Counted from the stretch's first letter, positions 9,792-19,818 are shown. The stretch: DNA of 64,000 nt from an uncultured delta proteobacterium (GCA_963803435.1 CAWDML010000001.1:1184001-1248000); one strand, 5' to 3'. Numbers and translations: made by a program. Notes: generated from the sequence alone by a model not told the origin.

Positions 9792-10892
9792 GTGGTGCTC
9801 CCTGTCTCGCCTCCTGTCGCACCGATGCTGGCCAAGCTCCTTCGAGACTTTCCCGAGAGCTCGGACGGCCTGATCTTCGAGCCCAAGTGGGACGGCTTTC
9901 GCGCGATCGTGTTCCGCGACGGCGACCGTATCTACACGCAGAGCCGCGACCAGAAGCCGCTCGATCGCTACTTCCCGGAGCTGAACGCGCCCTTTCTCGA
10001 GAACCTCCCCGAACGCTCGGTCCTCGACGGCGAGATCGTCATCGCCGGCCCGGACGGGCTCGACTTCGGCGCATTGCAACTCAGGTTGCACCCGGCGGCC
10101 TCACGGGTGGAGAAGCTGGCGGGCGAGACCCCGGCCTCCTTCGTCGCCTTCGACGTGCTGGCGCTCGGCGACGAGTCTCTGCTCGAGGTCCCCTTCGAGG
10201 AACGTCGCGCTCGCCTCGAGGAGGCGCTCGCCGGTGTGCGCCCCCCGATCTACCTCACGCCCGCGACCCGGAACGGCGACACCGCCCGCGACTGGTTCGC
10301 CCGCTTCGAGGGCGCCGGCCTCGACGGCGTGATCGCGAAGCCGACCGATCTCTTTTACCAGCCGAACAAGCGCGTCATGCTGAAGATCAAGCACCGCCGT
10401 ACCGCCGACTGCGCGGTCGCAGGGTTCCGCTGGTACAAGGAGGGCAAGGGCGAGCTGATCGGCTCCCTGCTCCTGGGCCTCTACGACGAGGAAGGACGGC
10501 TCCACCACGTCGGCATCACCTCCTCGTTCACCGCGGCCATGCGCCGCGAGCTCGCGGGAGAGCTGGAGCCGCTCCGCAAGGACGCGATCGAGGATCATCC
10601 CTGGGCGAGCTGGGCCGAGTGGATGAAGGACGAGCCCACGCGAAGACCGGGGATGACCAGCCGCTGGAACCGCGGCAAGGATCTCAGCTGGGAGCCGCTC
10701 CGGATCGAGCGCGTGGTCGAGGTGGCGTACGACGGCCTTCAGGGGAGCCGCTTCCGTCACGGCACCAGCTTTGTCCGCTGGCGTCCCGACAAGTCACCCG
10801 GCGACTGTACCTTCGCGCAGTTCGAGGTGACGCCGCCGTACGAGCTCGCGGAGATCTTCCGCGCTCACGCCCACTCCGACATCGGGTCGTAG
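9792..10892 (+). CDS. ligC: ATP-dependent DNA ligase, LigC type
   Basis: PPVAPMLAK, FEPKWDGFR, LDGEIV, RLHPAASRV, GLDGVIAK, GSLLLGLY, SWEPLR, RWRPDK. Confidence 0.9.
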   Translation: MVLPVSPPVAPMLAKLLRDFPESSDGLIFEPKWDGFRAIVFRDGDRIYTQSRDQKPLDRYFPELNAPFLENLPERSVLDGEIVIAGPDGLDFGALQLRLHPAASRVEKLAGETPASFVAFDVLALGDESLLEVPFEERRARLEEALAGVRPPIYLTPATRNGDTARDWFARFEGAGLDGVIAKPTDLFYQPNKRVMLKIKHRRTADCAVAGFRWYKEGKGELIGSLLLGLYDEEGRLHHVGITSSFTAAMRRELAGELEPLRKDAIEDHPWASWAEWMKDEPTRRPGMTSRWNRGKDLSWEPLRIERVVEVAYDGLQGSRFRHGTSFVRWRPDKSPGDCTFAQFEVTPPYELAEIFRAHAHSDIGS

Positions 10893-12119
10893 TCGGGATC
10901 GAGCGCCTCCTCTTCCGGGCGCATGTCCTCGGGGACGTGGATCAGGTTCACGCGGATCCGCGTCCAGACCGAGTAGCGGCCGCGCATGGCGTCGATCAGC
11001 ACGTCCGCGGGCTCGAGGTGCGGGACCACCTCGGCGTGCCGGTTCTTCCAGCGCTCGAGGCCCTCGAGCGCGTCCTCCTTCTTCTTGGCCCGCGCAATCT
11101 CAATCAACGGCATGCTCGACTTGCGGCGCCGTGAAGGCTGGACGCGCGGCGGCTCGTCCGCGGTCCTGGCGTAGTGCGGAGGCCAGGCCGCGTCGGTCTC
11201 GCCCTCGGCGGCCTGCCGCGACGCCAGCTCGAGCGCCTTCGACAGAATCGCCCGCGTACGCCTCCATCGCTCCGTGCGAGTAGCCCACCGCCTTGAAGCG
11301 GGCTGGGGCGGTCCGCAGGTTGAACTCGCGCGGGTCGGCGGTCTCCACCTCCTGCCAAGTGAGCGGCATCGACACGCGCGCGTCCGGGAGGGGTCGGACC
11401 GAGTACGCGCCGGCGGTCGTCCGATCCTTGGCGTTCTGGTTGTAGTCGAGGAACACGCCGTGGCGCTCCTCCTTCCACCAGCGGCTGGTCGCCAGACCCG
11501 GCGCCCGCCGCGCCACCTCGCGCGAGATCGCGAGCGCCGCCTGCCTCACCTCGGTGAAGACCCACTCGGTCCGGATGCGCACGTTGATGTGCATGCCCCT
11601 CGACCCGGAGGTCTTGGGCCAACCGGCGAGGCCAAGGTCCTCGAGCACCTCCCGAACCACGAAGGAGACCTTCCGCACCTGATCCCACTCGACGCCCGGC
11701 ACCGGATCGAGATCAATGCGGAGCTCGTCGGGATGATCGAGGTCCTCGGCGCGGATCGGATGCACGTGGAGCTCGATGCAACCCAGGTTGACGATCCACG
11801 CCAGCTGCGCCGCGTCTCGGAGGACAATCTCTTCGGCCGTCCGCCCCGAGGGGAAGCGGATCGTGACCGTCTCGACCCAGTCGGGGCGCGATTTGGGCGC
11901 ACGCTTCTGGTAGAACGCCTCCTTCGTCACGCCGTCGACGTACCGCTTCATCACGAGCGGGCGCCCACCCGCTGCCGCCAGCGCCCCCTCCGCCACCTCG
12001 AGGAAGTACTCGACCACGTCCAGCTTCGTGTAGCCGGTCTCCGGGAAGTAGACCTTGTCGGGGTTCGAGACCGCCACCTCGCGGCCCGCTACCTCCAGCA
12101 CGATGCGCTTCTTCGGCAT
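10865..12119 (-). CDS. LigD-type primase-polymerase domain protein (Prim-PolC-like); apparent frameshift near 11246
   Basis: VSNPDKVYFP, FYQKRAP, DELRIDLDP, KTSGSRGMH, WWKEER, DYNQN, YSVRP; WPPHY C-terminus continues in another frame. Confidence 0.85.
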
Positions 12120-12180
12120 TCCGGCGGCTACTCTACTTCGTCTTGCGTCGTGGCTGTGCTCTCCCCTACACCATCCTGCG

Positions 12181-13374
12181 ATGAAGCTCGCGATCATCGG
12201 CGGGGGCTCGACCTACACACCGGAGCTGGTGCATGGGCTGGCGACCCGCGCCACCGGCGTCACGCACGTCGCGCTGCTCGACGTGGATCCCGAGCGCCTC
12301 CGCGTGGTCGGCGGCTTCGTCCGCCGCATGGCGCCGGGACTGCGCATCGACGCCACCTCCGACCCGGACGCCGCGCTCGACGGCGCCGACTTCGTCGTCA
12401 CCCAGATCCGCGTGGGCGGACAAGCGGCGCGCCTCGAGGACGAGCGGCTCGGCCTGCGCCACGGCATCATCGGCCAGGAGACCACCGGCCCCGGCGGGCT
12501 CGCCAAGGCGCTCCGCACCATCCCGGTCCTCCTCGACCACGCTTTGCGCATCGAGCGCCGCGCGCCCGCGGCCACGCTGATCAACTTCACGAACCCGGTA
12601 TCGATCGTCACCGAGGCACTCCTCCAGCACGGGCGAACCAAGACGATCGGCCTCTGCAACATTCCCATCTCGCAGCGCATGGAGATCGCCGCCGAGCTCG
12701 GCGTGTCGCCGCGTGACGTGACCATCGACTCGGTCGGCCTCAACCATCTCAGCTTCATTCGCAGCGTCCTCGTGGGCGGGCGGGAGGTCCTCCCCAAGCT
12801 CCTCGCCGATCGTCCCCAGCTCGACCAGAGCCTCGGGACGATCCCGTCCGACTATCTCCGCTACTACTTCTTCGCGCGGGAGACCGTCGCGGAGCAGCGA
12901 GAGAGGACCAAACAGCGCGCAGAGGAGGTGATGGAGGTGGAGCGCGAGCTCCTCGACTACTACGCCGACCCGAGCCACTCCGAGCGCCCGGACGCCCTCC
13001 AGAAGCGCGGCGGAGCCTTCTACTCGCGCGCGGCGCTCGAGATCATGGAGGCGGTGGCCGGGGACACCGGCGCGAGGCTGATCGTCGACACCGTCAACTC
13101 CGCTTGCGTTCCCGAGCTGCCGGAGGGCTGCTGCATCGAGGTCCCGTGTACGGTGGGCGCGAAGGGTCCACGCCCGCTGCCCCAGCGCCCGCTCGAGCCG
13201 GCGATCCGCGGCTTGATCCAGCACGTGAAGGCGTACGAGGAGCTCGCTGTGAAGGCCGCGCTCTCGCGGTCTCGCCGGGATCTCTACCTGGCGCTGACCA
13301 CGCACCCGCTGATGCCCAGCGCGAACCTAGCCGGCACCATCGCCGGCGAGCTCGCCGGACGACTCGGCTGGTGA
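12181..13374 (+). CDS. Family 4 glycoside hydrolase (6-phospho-beta-glucosidase-like)
   Basis: IIGGGSTYTPEL, QIRVGG, GQETTGPGG, INFTNP, GLCN, GLNH. Confidence 0.92.
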   Translation: MKLAIIGGGSTYTPELVHGLATRATGVTHVALLDVDPERLRVVGGFVRRMAPGLRIDATSDPDAALDGADFVVTQIRVGGQAARLEDERLGLRHGIIGQETTGPGGLAKALRTIPVLLDHALRIERRAPAATLINFTNPVSIVTEALLQHGRTKTIGLCNIPISQRMEIAAELGVSPRDVTIDSVGLNHLSFIRSVLVGGREVLPKLLADRPQLDQSLGTIPSDYLRYYFFARETVAEQRERTKQRAEEVMEVERELLDYYADPSHSERPDALQKRGGAFYSRAALEIMEAVAGDTGARLIVDTVNSACVPELPEGCCIEVPCTVGAKGPRPLPQRPLEPAIRGLIQHVKAYEELAVKAALSRSRRDLYLALTTHPLMPSANLAGTIAGELAGRLGW

Positions 13375-13382
13375 CGTCGGCT

Positions 13383-14861
13383 TCATCCCAGGGCCGCCGC
13401 GAGCGTGCGCTGCAGGCTGGCCGCGTCGAACGGCTTCTGCAGGAAGCCCTTGGCACCCCGGGTCGTGATGTCGTCCTCGAGGGCGTCCTGGTTCCCCGTC
13501 ATCATGAGGATCCGCGCCTCCGGAACAATCATCCGCAGCGCGTCGAAGGTCTCGTCGCCGGCGAGGCCGGGCATCAACAAATCGAGCAACACCACGGAGA
13601 TGACGTGGTGCCAGCGCTGGAACATGTCGAGCGCCTCGGTTCCGCTGCTCGCCTCCAGCACACGATAGCCCATGTGGCGGAGCAGCCGCGCCGTGCCCGT
13701 ACGAAAGAGATCGTCGTCGTCGACCACCAGCACCGTGGCGCCGGTGCCCTCCTCCGCCGAGGTGTCGGTACGCCGTGACTCTTCGAGCGGGACTCCGGCC
13801 GGCAAGAACATGCGGATGACCGTCCGCCGTCCGATCTCGCTCTCCACCTGCACGTCGCCGCCGTGGTTCTTGACGATGCCGTACACCATGGAGAGCCCCA
13901 GCCCGGTGCCCCGGCCGATCGGCTTGGTGGTGAAGAACGGCTCGAATGCGCGCGCGCGGGTGTGTTCGTCCATCCCGACGCCGCTGTCCTCGACGTCGAC
14001 CACCACGTGCGGGCGATGCGCGAGCAGGTGCGACGGTGAGCGTGAGGGATCGTCGTCGCCGCTGCGGATGCGGATGGTGAGCGTGCCGCCGTTCGGCATC
14101 GCGTCGCATCCGTTGATCACGAGATTCATCAGCACCTGATGGAGCTGATTCGGATCGCCGATCACGATCTGATCGTCGTCGGCCTCGAGGTCGAACTCGA
14201 TCGCGGGCGACACGCTGCGCCGGGTCAGCCGGAGGACCTCCTCCGCGATCTGTTTCAGATCCGTGGGGCGATCTTGATACTTGCCCTGGCGGGCGAAGCC
14301 GAGGAGCTGGCGCGTCAGCTCGACCGCACGCCGGAGCGCCCGGCCGGAGTCGGAGAGCGCCGAGGCGACCTCGCTCTCACCGAGCGGGGTGTCCGGCGTC
14401 ATGCTGGTGAGAAACTCGAGGTTGGTGAGGACCGTGGCGAGAAGGTTGTTGAAGTCGTGGGCGATCCCGCCGGCGAGGCGTCCGAGCGACTCCATCTTCT
14501 GTGACTGCAGGAACTGCTCTTCGAGACGATCGCGATGGGTGAACAGGAGGATCGCGCTGGTCCCCACCGTCAAACGATCACCGAAGTGGAGCTCGGCCCG
14601 CGTGACCGGGATGCCGTTGACCCGCATGCCGTTGCGGCTGCCGAGGTCGGCGACGAAGTAGCGGCCGGCCTCGCGATGGATCCGAGCGTGGTGTCGCGAC
14701 ACGTCGGTCCCGGTGATACAGATGTGCGCGTCCGGAGAGCGGCCGATCAGGATCTGTTCCTCGACGCGATAGCTACGGCCCGCGTTCTCGCCCGCGAGAA
14801 TGATGATGCTCGCCAGAAGCGTCTCGCCTCTCTCGGGCGCACCATTCCTTTGCTCTGTCAT
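13383..14861 (-). CDS. FHA-domain hybrid histidine kinase/response regulator
   Basis: FHA (IGRS, VSRHHA, GSRNG); H-box AHDFNN; FEPFFTTK, GTGLGL; C-terminal receiver. Confidence 0.93.
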   Translation of the reverse strand: MTEQRNGAPERGETLLASIIILAGENAGRSYRVEEQILIGRSPDAHICITGTDVSRHHARIHREAGRYFVADLGSRNGMRVNGIPVTRAELHFGDRLTVGTSAILLFTHRDRLEEQFLQSQKMESLGRLAGGIAHDFNNLLATVLTNLEFLTSMTPDTPLGESEVASALSDSGRALRRAVELTRQLLGFARQGKYQDRPTDLKQIAEEVLRLTRRSVSPAIEFDLEADDDQIVIGDPNQLHQVLMNLVINGCDAMPNGGTLTIRIRSGDDDPSRSPSHLLAHRPHVVVDVEDSGVGMDEHTRARAFEPFFTTKPIGRGTGLGLSMVYGIVKNHGGDVQVESEIGRRTVIRMFLPAGVPLEESRRTDTSAEEGTGATVLVVDDDDLFRTGTARLLRHMGYRVLEASSGTEALDMFQRWHHVISVVLLDLLMPGLAGDETFDALRMIVPEARILMMTGNQDALEDDITTRGAKGFLQKPFDAASLQRTLAAALG

Positions 14862-14961
14862 TCCGAGGCGTTACGATAGCGCTCGGCCGCAGCGGCCTGC
14901 AACCGCCCGCGGCGCTTTTACCCACTGTCCCCACTCCATCCATGGATGTCATCCTTGGCGA

Positions 14962-15531
14962 ATGGCATCGGATCTCGCGCCGGGTTTCTTGGTCGCGGCC
15001 CCGACCCTGCTGGATCCCAACTTCAGACAGTCGGTCGTCCTCCTGATCGAGCATCGCGCGGATGGCTCCCTCGGGTTCATCGTCAATCGCCCCGCGGAGA
15101 TCACGTTCGGCGGCGTGATCCAGGAGCTTGGATTGGGCACGAAGGACCATCAGCCGCCGAACGTCCCCGTGCTCGTCGGCGGTCCGGTCGCGCCTCACAC
15201 GGGATGGATCGTGTTCGACCCGACATCGACCAATGTTTCGCTCGATAGCACGATAGAGGTGACCTCCCATCTCCGCGTGAGCGCTTCGCGCGAGCTCTTG
15301 CGAGAGCTCGCCGGCGGCGACCACCGCACGAACCGCCAGCTCTTGGTGCTCGGCTACGCGGGCTGGGGCGCCGGGCAGCTCGACACCGAGATCAAGCAGG
15401 GCGCGTGGATCCCGGTGGATCTCGATGAAGCGGTCGTATTCGACACGCCCTATCAGCATCGATGGAATGCGGCGCTTGCGGCGCTGGGGATCGATCCCCT
15501 GCATTTGGTGGGGTCGGCGCCGGAGGCTTAG
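14962..15531 (+). CDS. YqgE/AlgH family protein
   Basis: DPNFRQSVVLL, GFIVNRP, GGPV, GYAGWGAGQLDTEI. Confidence 0.92.
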   Translation: MASDLAPGFLVAAPTLLDPNFRQSVVLLIEHRADGSLGFIVNRPAEITFGGVIQELGLGTKDHQPPNVPVLVGGPVAPHTGWIVFDPTSTNVSLDSTIEVTSHLRVSASRELLRELAGGDHRTNRQLLVLGYAGWGAGQLDTEIKQGAWIPVDLDEAVVFDTPYQHRWNAALAALGIDPLHLVGSAPEA

Positions 15532-15532
15532 C

Positions 15533-16213
15533 TCAGCGGAGCCGTCGCCAGAGCGAGGTGTACGAGATCCCGAGGGCGGCGGCGGCCTCCTTGAGGCTGC
15601 CCCACTCGCGGACCGCGGCCTTGATGTGCGCGCGTTCGAACTGCGCGCGGGCCTCGCGGAGCGCCATGATCTCTTCGAGGGTCGTCGGGAGCGGCGGCCC
15701 ACACGGCGGTCCTTCCGGCGGTGCGTAGTTCTGGATGAACCCGTGGAACAGCTGCATCCGAGCCTCGCGGAGCGCGCTGGCGATCGCCTCGTGCTCCCGT
15801 CGATAGCTGCGGAGCAGATGAACCTCGTAGGCCTTCTGCAACCACTCGGCGAGGATCTGCTTGTTCGGGTTCGGATCCACCCAGCGCACGTGCTCGCGCG
15901 CCAGACTCATCCGCGCCGCCGACTCATCCTGATCACCGCCGCCGCCGATGAGGATCGTCGGCACCCGCCGATCCACGTTGGCGTCCGTCCACCGGAGAAG
16001 ATCCGTCAAGAAGGGACCGGAGGCCGCGACGCTCACCGCCAGGCCTTCGACCACCCCCGGGCCGTTCTCCCCGACCACCTCGAGGGCCGACGCGCACGAG
16101 AGCACCTCGAGCGGCCAGTCCTTCTCGCGGATGATCGCCTCGAAGGCGCTGGAGAGACCGCCTCGGTCCACCACGACCAGGCGAAACTTTCGAATCGAAG
16201 GTCTATGAGCCAT
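15533..16213 (-). CDS. Fis-type HTH regulator with degenerate receiver-like N-terminus
   Basis: LREARAQFERAHIKAAVREWGSLKEAAAALGISYTSLWRRLR; N-terminal RLVVVD. Confidence 0.7.
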   Translation of the reverse strand: MAHRPSIRKFRLVVVDRGGLSSAFEAIIREKDWPLEVLSCASALEVVGENGPGVVEGLAVSVAASGPFLTDLLRWTDANVDRRVPTILIGGGGDQDESAARMSLAREHVRWVDPNPNKQILAEWLQKAYEVHLLRSYRREHEAIASALREARMQLFHGFIQNYAPPEGPPCGPPLPTTLEEIMALREARAQFERAHIKAAVREWGSLKEAAAALGISYTSLWRRLR

Positions 16214-16898
16214 CGAGGATCGTCTCCCTTCGGAGTCGCCGCGACAGGGTCGCAGACGACACGCCCAGGTGGAGCGCCGCTTCGCGTGCGCTCCCGCACA
16301 GCTGTTGGACCCGATCGATGTAGGCCCGCTCGAAGGCTTCACTCGCCTCTTCGAGATGGAAGATCGACATGGGTCCGACCGGCAGCGGTGGCGGCTGGAA
16401 CGTGGACAGGTCGTCGCTCATGCTCTCCGGCGGGTGCCCGAGGATCTCGAGCTCCCGGTTGAGGAGACGGCGCGCTTCGCAACGACTCGCCAGCTCGAGC
16501 GCAATCAGTGCGCGAAAATCGAGCCCCCGGTTCAACAGGGGCAACAGTGCTTCCTCCGTTTGCTCCGTAAAAACATCCATCGCCCCGGCGGCGCGCAGAT
16601 TGGACGAAGCTACAGGATCGGGCGTGTATGCGATGACGCCAATGACGAGGTTCTCGACGGCGAGCGCCTCGAGCACAGGCATGACGGCATCCTCGCCGGC
16701 CACGATCACAGAGATCCTTGCGGACCTTGCAGCTTTGACCGCGTCTGCCACCGCGCGATGCCCGTGCAGCCCCTCATCGCCGACCATCCGGTTGATGAGC
16801 GGGAGCACGACCTCGCAATCCAAGACGTGGACGTGAGTGTCGGTGGGAAGTCCATACTGCTTCAATGCAGCTTCGACTTCTACTGATAGAAGTGGCAC
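16203..16898 (-). CDS. Fis-type HTH regulator with degenerate receiver-like N-terminus (start uncertain)
   Basis: LEEASEAFERAYIDRVQQLCGSAREAALHLGVSSATLSRRLR; LRAAGAMDVF resembles receiver alpha4-beta5. Confidence 0.65.
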   Translation of the reverse strand: MPLLSVEVEAALKQYGLPTDTHVHVLDCEVVLPLINRMVGDEGLHGHRAVADAVKAARSARISVIVAGEDAVMPVLEALAVENLVIGVIAYTPDPVASSNLRAAGAMDVFTEQTEEALLPLLNRGLDFRALIALELASRCEARRLLNRELEILGHPPESMSDDLSTFQPPPLPVGPMSIFHLEEASEAFERAYIDRVQQLCGSAREAALHLGVSSATLSRRLRRETILDGS

Positions 16899-17075
16899 CA
16901 AGACTGGCGGAGCATACACCTCGATTTCCGTTCCGCCCAGGCACAAAGGATCGCACGCCCGCCCCGTACCGCGTACATGTGAGCAAACGGAGGAAGTTTG
17001 TGCGAGGAGATGAACCCCAGGTGGGCCCAAGGGTCAGGTGCCGTAGATCAGCGGTTTCCGTATGATCAATGCGCC

Positions 17076-17906
17076 GTGGGGTGGTGGGGATGCGGAACGA
17101 TCAGCGCGCTGGGCGCGCTCGTGATCCTCAGCGCGGAAGGCCGCGCCACCGCTGGATCTGAGGGATCCGACACCCGGATTGACCGCTTCTGTCGTCTGCT
17201 CCGCACGGACCACTCTTTCAAGATTCGCGCGTTGTCCGCCAAGAAGCTCGGCGAGCTCGACGACGCGAGCGCGCAAGGACTTCCGAAGATCGTTGCAGCA
17301 CTGACGGATGGCTTGGTCGACGACAACGCGCTCGTGCGCGGACTGTGCATCAAGGGCCTGGTGCGGCATCGCGCCCTCGGCGCGGTGGGACGCCTGACGT
17401 ACCTGGCGCGCTTCGACCCCGAGGACGCCGTCAAGAACGCCGCCGAGGACGCGATCGCCGAGCTGAAACGGCAAGCCAGCTTGCATCCTCGCGACCCTGA
17501 GCATCGCCCGCGCAAGCATGGTCCGGTCACACTCTCGATCGGCTCGGTCCAGGTGGAGCCGACCCCCGAGCTCTCCCGTCACGTGGCCGACCTCCTGAAG
17601 GCGATCGTTCGCGACGCTGTCGAGGACCAGATCGAGCCCCACAAGCCCGCGATCTTTCCCCGGGAGGATCCGGATCTCCGGCTCGACGTCACCATCGCCT
17701 GCAGCATCACCTCGGAGCAAAACCTCCAGGTCGAGGTCCGGGTGGTGCTGGTCCAGCTCCCCGACGCCCATCTCCGCCACGCGTCTCGGGCCATGGCGCG
17801 GACGAAGCACGACAAGCGGAGGAGCAACGAGCTGGAGCGCCAGCTCGCGCTGAAGGCGGCGAGCCGCGCCGTCTCCGACGCGCTGGCGCTGGTCTACGGC
17901 AGCTGA
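17076..17906 (+). CDS. HEAT-repeat domain protein, probably exported (start uncertain)
   Basis: DHSFKIRALSAKKLG, DDNALVRGLCIKGL, DPEDAVKNAAEDAI; hydrophobic N-terminus. Confidence 0.65.
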   Translation: MGWWGCGTISALGALVILSAEGRATAGSEGSDTRIDRFCRLLRTDHSFKIRALSAKKLGELDDASAQGLPKIVAALTDGLVDDNALVRGLCIKGLVRHRALGAVGRLTYLARFDPEDAVKNAAEDAIAELKRQASLHPRDPEHRPRKHGPVTLSIGSVQVEPTPELSRHVADLLKAIVRDAVEDQIEPHKPAIFPREDPDLRLDVTIACSITSEQNLQVEVRVVLVQLPDAHLRHASRAMARTKHDKRRSNELERQLALKAASRAVSDALALVYGS

Positions 17907-17913
17907 GCGCTAG

Positions 17914-17978
17914 GAGCGTGTAGCGCGTAGCGCTACCGCGAGCCCGGTCCGGGTCCCGGTCCCGGTCCCGGTCCCGAT
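17914..17978 (+). repeat. Terminal inverted repeat (four-helix-bundle side): 16 bp perfect end, hairpin, (GGTCCC)n
   Basis: GAGCGTGTAGCGCGTA matches the reverse complement of 19869-19884; similarity extends about 65 bp. Confidence 0.9.
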
Positions 17979-17983
17979 GGCGA

Positions 17984-18352
17984 TCATGCAGCCCGGCGTG
18001 CGTTCATCGACTTGATGAGGCGCGTGAGCCTCTCGACAACGCGCTCGAGCTTGGCTCTGGCGGCTTGGACCTTCTGCTCGTTGGCGAGTCGGCGCCTCGA
18101 GCAGGTGTGGAGTGAGGCGGCGCTTTCGGTGCCAGAGCGAAGTGCCATCCGGTAGAAGCGAGCCTTCTCAGGTGGATTGAGCTCTCCGGCGCCCTCGGCG
18201 GTGTTGTTCACGATGGAATCGGATGCCCGCCGAAGCTGATCGCGGACGTGAGCGTGACCGGGTTGCAGTTCTTGTGCGATCTCTTCAGCGATGTCGGCAT
18301 ACTCGACGGCGAGCTGGTAGACCTCGAGCTTCTCGTGATCGAAAGTGACCAT
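17984..18352 (-). CDS. Four helix bundle protein (23S rRNA IVS protein / Avd-like fold family)
   Basis: MVTFDHEKLEVYQLA...DQLRRASDSIVNNTAEGAG...EKARFYRMALRSGTESAA. Confidence 0.9.
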   Translation of the reverse strand: MVTFDHEKLEVYQLAVEYADIAEEIAQELQPGHAHVRDQLRRASDSIVNNTAEGAGELNPPEKARFYRMALRSGTESAASLHTCSRRRLANEQKVQAARAKLERVVERLTRLIKSMNARRAA

Positions 18353-18471
18353 GCAAGCTAGCTTGCGGTAGCTCGTCCACTTTGACCAGCAGAAGTTCTT
18401 GGAGGTCGTTTCGTCTGGAATCGATCGTTGGGCGGATCGACTTCGACGCCTGGACTTGATCCCATGGTTTC

Positions 18472-19798
18472 GTGGCGAAGCAATACCGTTCTTGGACTCC
18501 GAGACAATCGTTCTTGCTCCCGCCGTCCCCTCTCGAGTGGCTCCCAGAAAATCATCTCGCGTACTTCGTCTTGGACGTCGTCGATGAGGTAGAGCTGAGC
18601 GCGATCGAGATCTCGATCCAGTCCAAGGACCCGCGAGGCGAGCGACCGTACTCGCCTCGAATGATGATCGCGCTGCTTCTGTACGCCTACTGCACCGGCA
18701 TCTATTCGTCGCGGAGGATCGCGCGGGCGACCTACGAAGACATTCCATTCCGGGTGCTGGCTGGAGAGAGTCATCCCCACTTCACGACGATCAACGAGTT
18801 TCGGCTCGTCCACCTGGAGGCACTGAAAGCGCTCTTCCTCGAAGTCCTGAAGCTTTGCCAAAAAGCAGGTTTGGTGCGGCTCGGACACGTCGCACTCGAT
18901 GGCTCGAAGGTGCAGGCGAACGCGAGCAAGCACAAGGCGATGACCTACGAGCGGATGGCCGAGGAGGAGAAGCGGCTGTCTCTCGAGATCGAAGAACTGC
19001 TGGAGCGAGCGCGCACGATCGACCAAGAGGAAGACGAGCAAAGCGGATGATGCTCTTGTGGATCGGGTGGAGCAGAAGCGAGCGAGAACTCGAGCCGAGA
19101 AGGCAAGAGCGCAGGCTGACCAGCTCGAACCATCCCCAGACCCAACTGAACGAAATGATGGATGGCCGCATCATCGCGTTCCTGCAAATGTGGACGGCAC
19201 ACCGAGGCCCCACGCTCAGAGGAACTTCACCGACTCAGACAGCAGGATCATGTTGAAGGAGGGAGCGTACCTCCAGGCCTACAATGCCCAAGTTGTCGTA
19301 GATGAGCACGCTCAGGTGATTGTCGCCGACGGGGTCAGCAACCAGGCACCTGATCAGCAACACCTCGTCCCGATGCTCCGTGATGTGTTCGGCAACTGCG
19401 GCGATGCTCCGCGGAAGATGACGGCAGACAACGGCTATCTGAGCGCGACCAACATCGAATTCTGCGACAACAATCAGATCGATGCCCACATCGCTGTTGG
19501 ACGCGAACAGAACCAAGACGCGTCGACTCCGTCCTCATCAGCTTCGGAGCCCACACCTGCCTCGCTCGCTCGCAAGCGAATGCGAGACAAGTGGCAAACG
19601 CGCGACGGCAAGGCGGTCTACCCCCGCAGGAAGAGTATCGTCGAACCGGCGCTCGGACAGATCAAAGCGGCACGAGGATTCCGCCGGTTCTCGCTCCGCT
19701 CCTTCTTCAAGGTACGAGCCGGGTGGACGCTCGTCTGCCTCACCCACAACCTGCTCAAGCTCTACCGATCGAAGCTCGCGACCGTCGCGAGCGTCTGA
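18472..19798 (+). pseudogene. IS1182-family transposase, frameshifted by a 158 bp internal deletion at about 19036-19039
   Basis: LLPPSPLEWLPENHLA, YSSRRIAR, VALDGSKVQANASKH, NFTDSDSRIM, YNAQ, ADNGY, RKSIVEP; missing segment present in copy 2 between GCTC microhomologies (58124/58282). Confidence 0.9.
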
Positions 19799-19818
19799 CT
19801 CAAGGCAGCCATCTTCAG

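Noticed and set aside
17910-17945. REP/RAYT system suggested by GTAG-containing hairpins
   Set aside because: No RAYT or other HUH transposase here; the hairpins occur only at the IS ends within this window
17943-17978. CRISPR array
   Set aside because: Hexamer tandem repeats with no spacers, and no cas genes
17984-18352. Diversity-generating retroelement suggested by the Avd-like fold and nearby hairpins
   Set aside because: No reverse transcriptase and no adenine-variable TR/VR pair seen in the window
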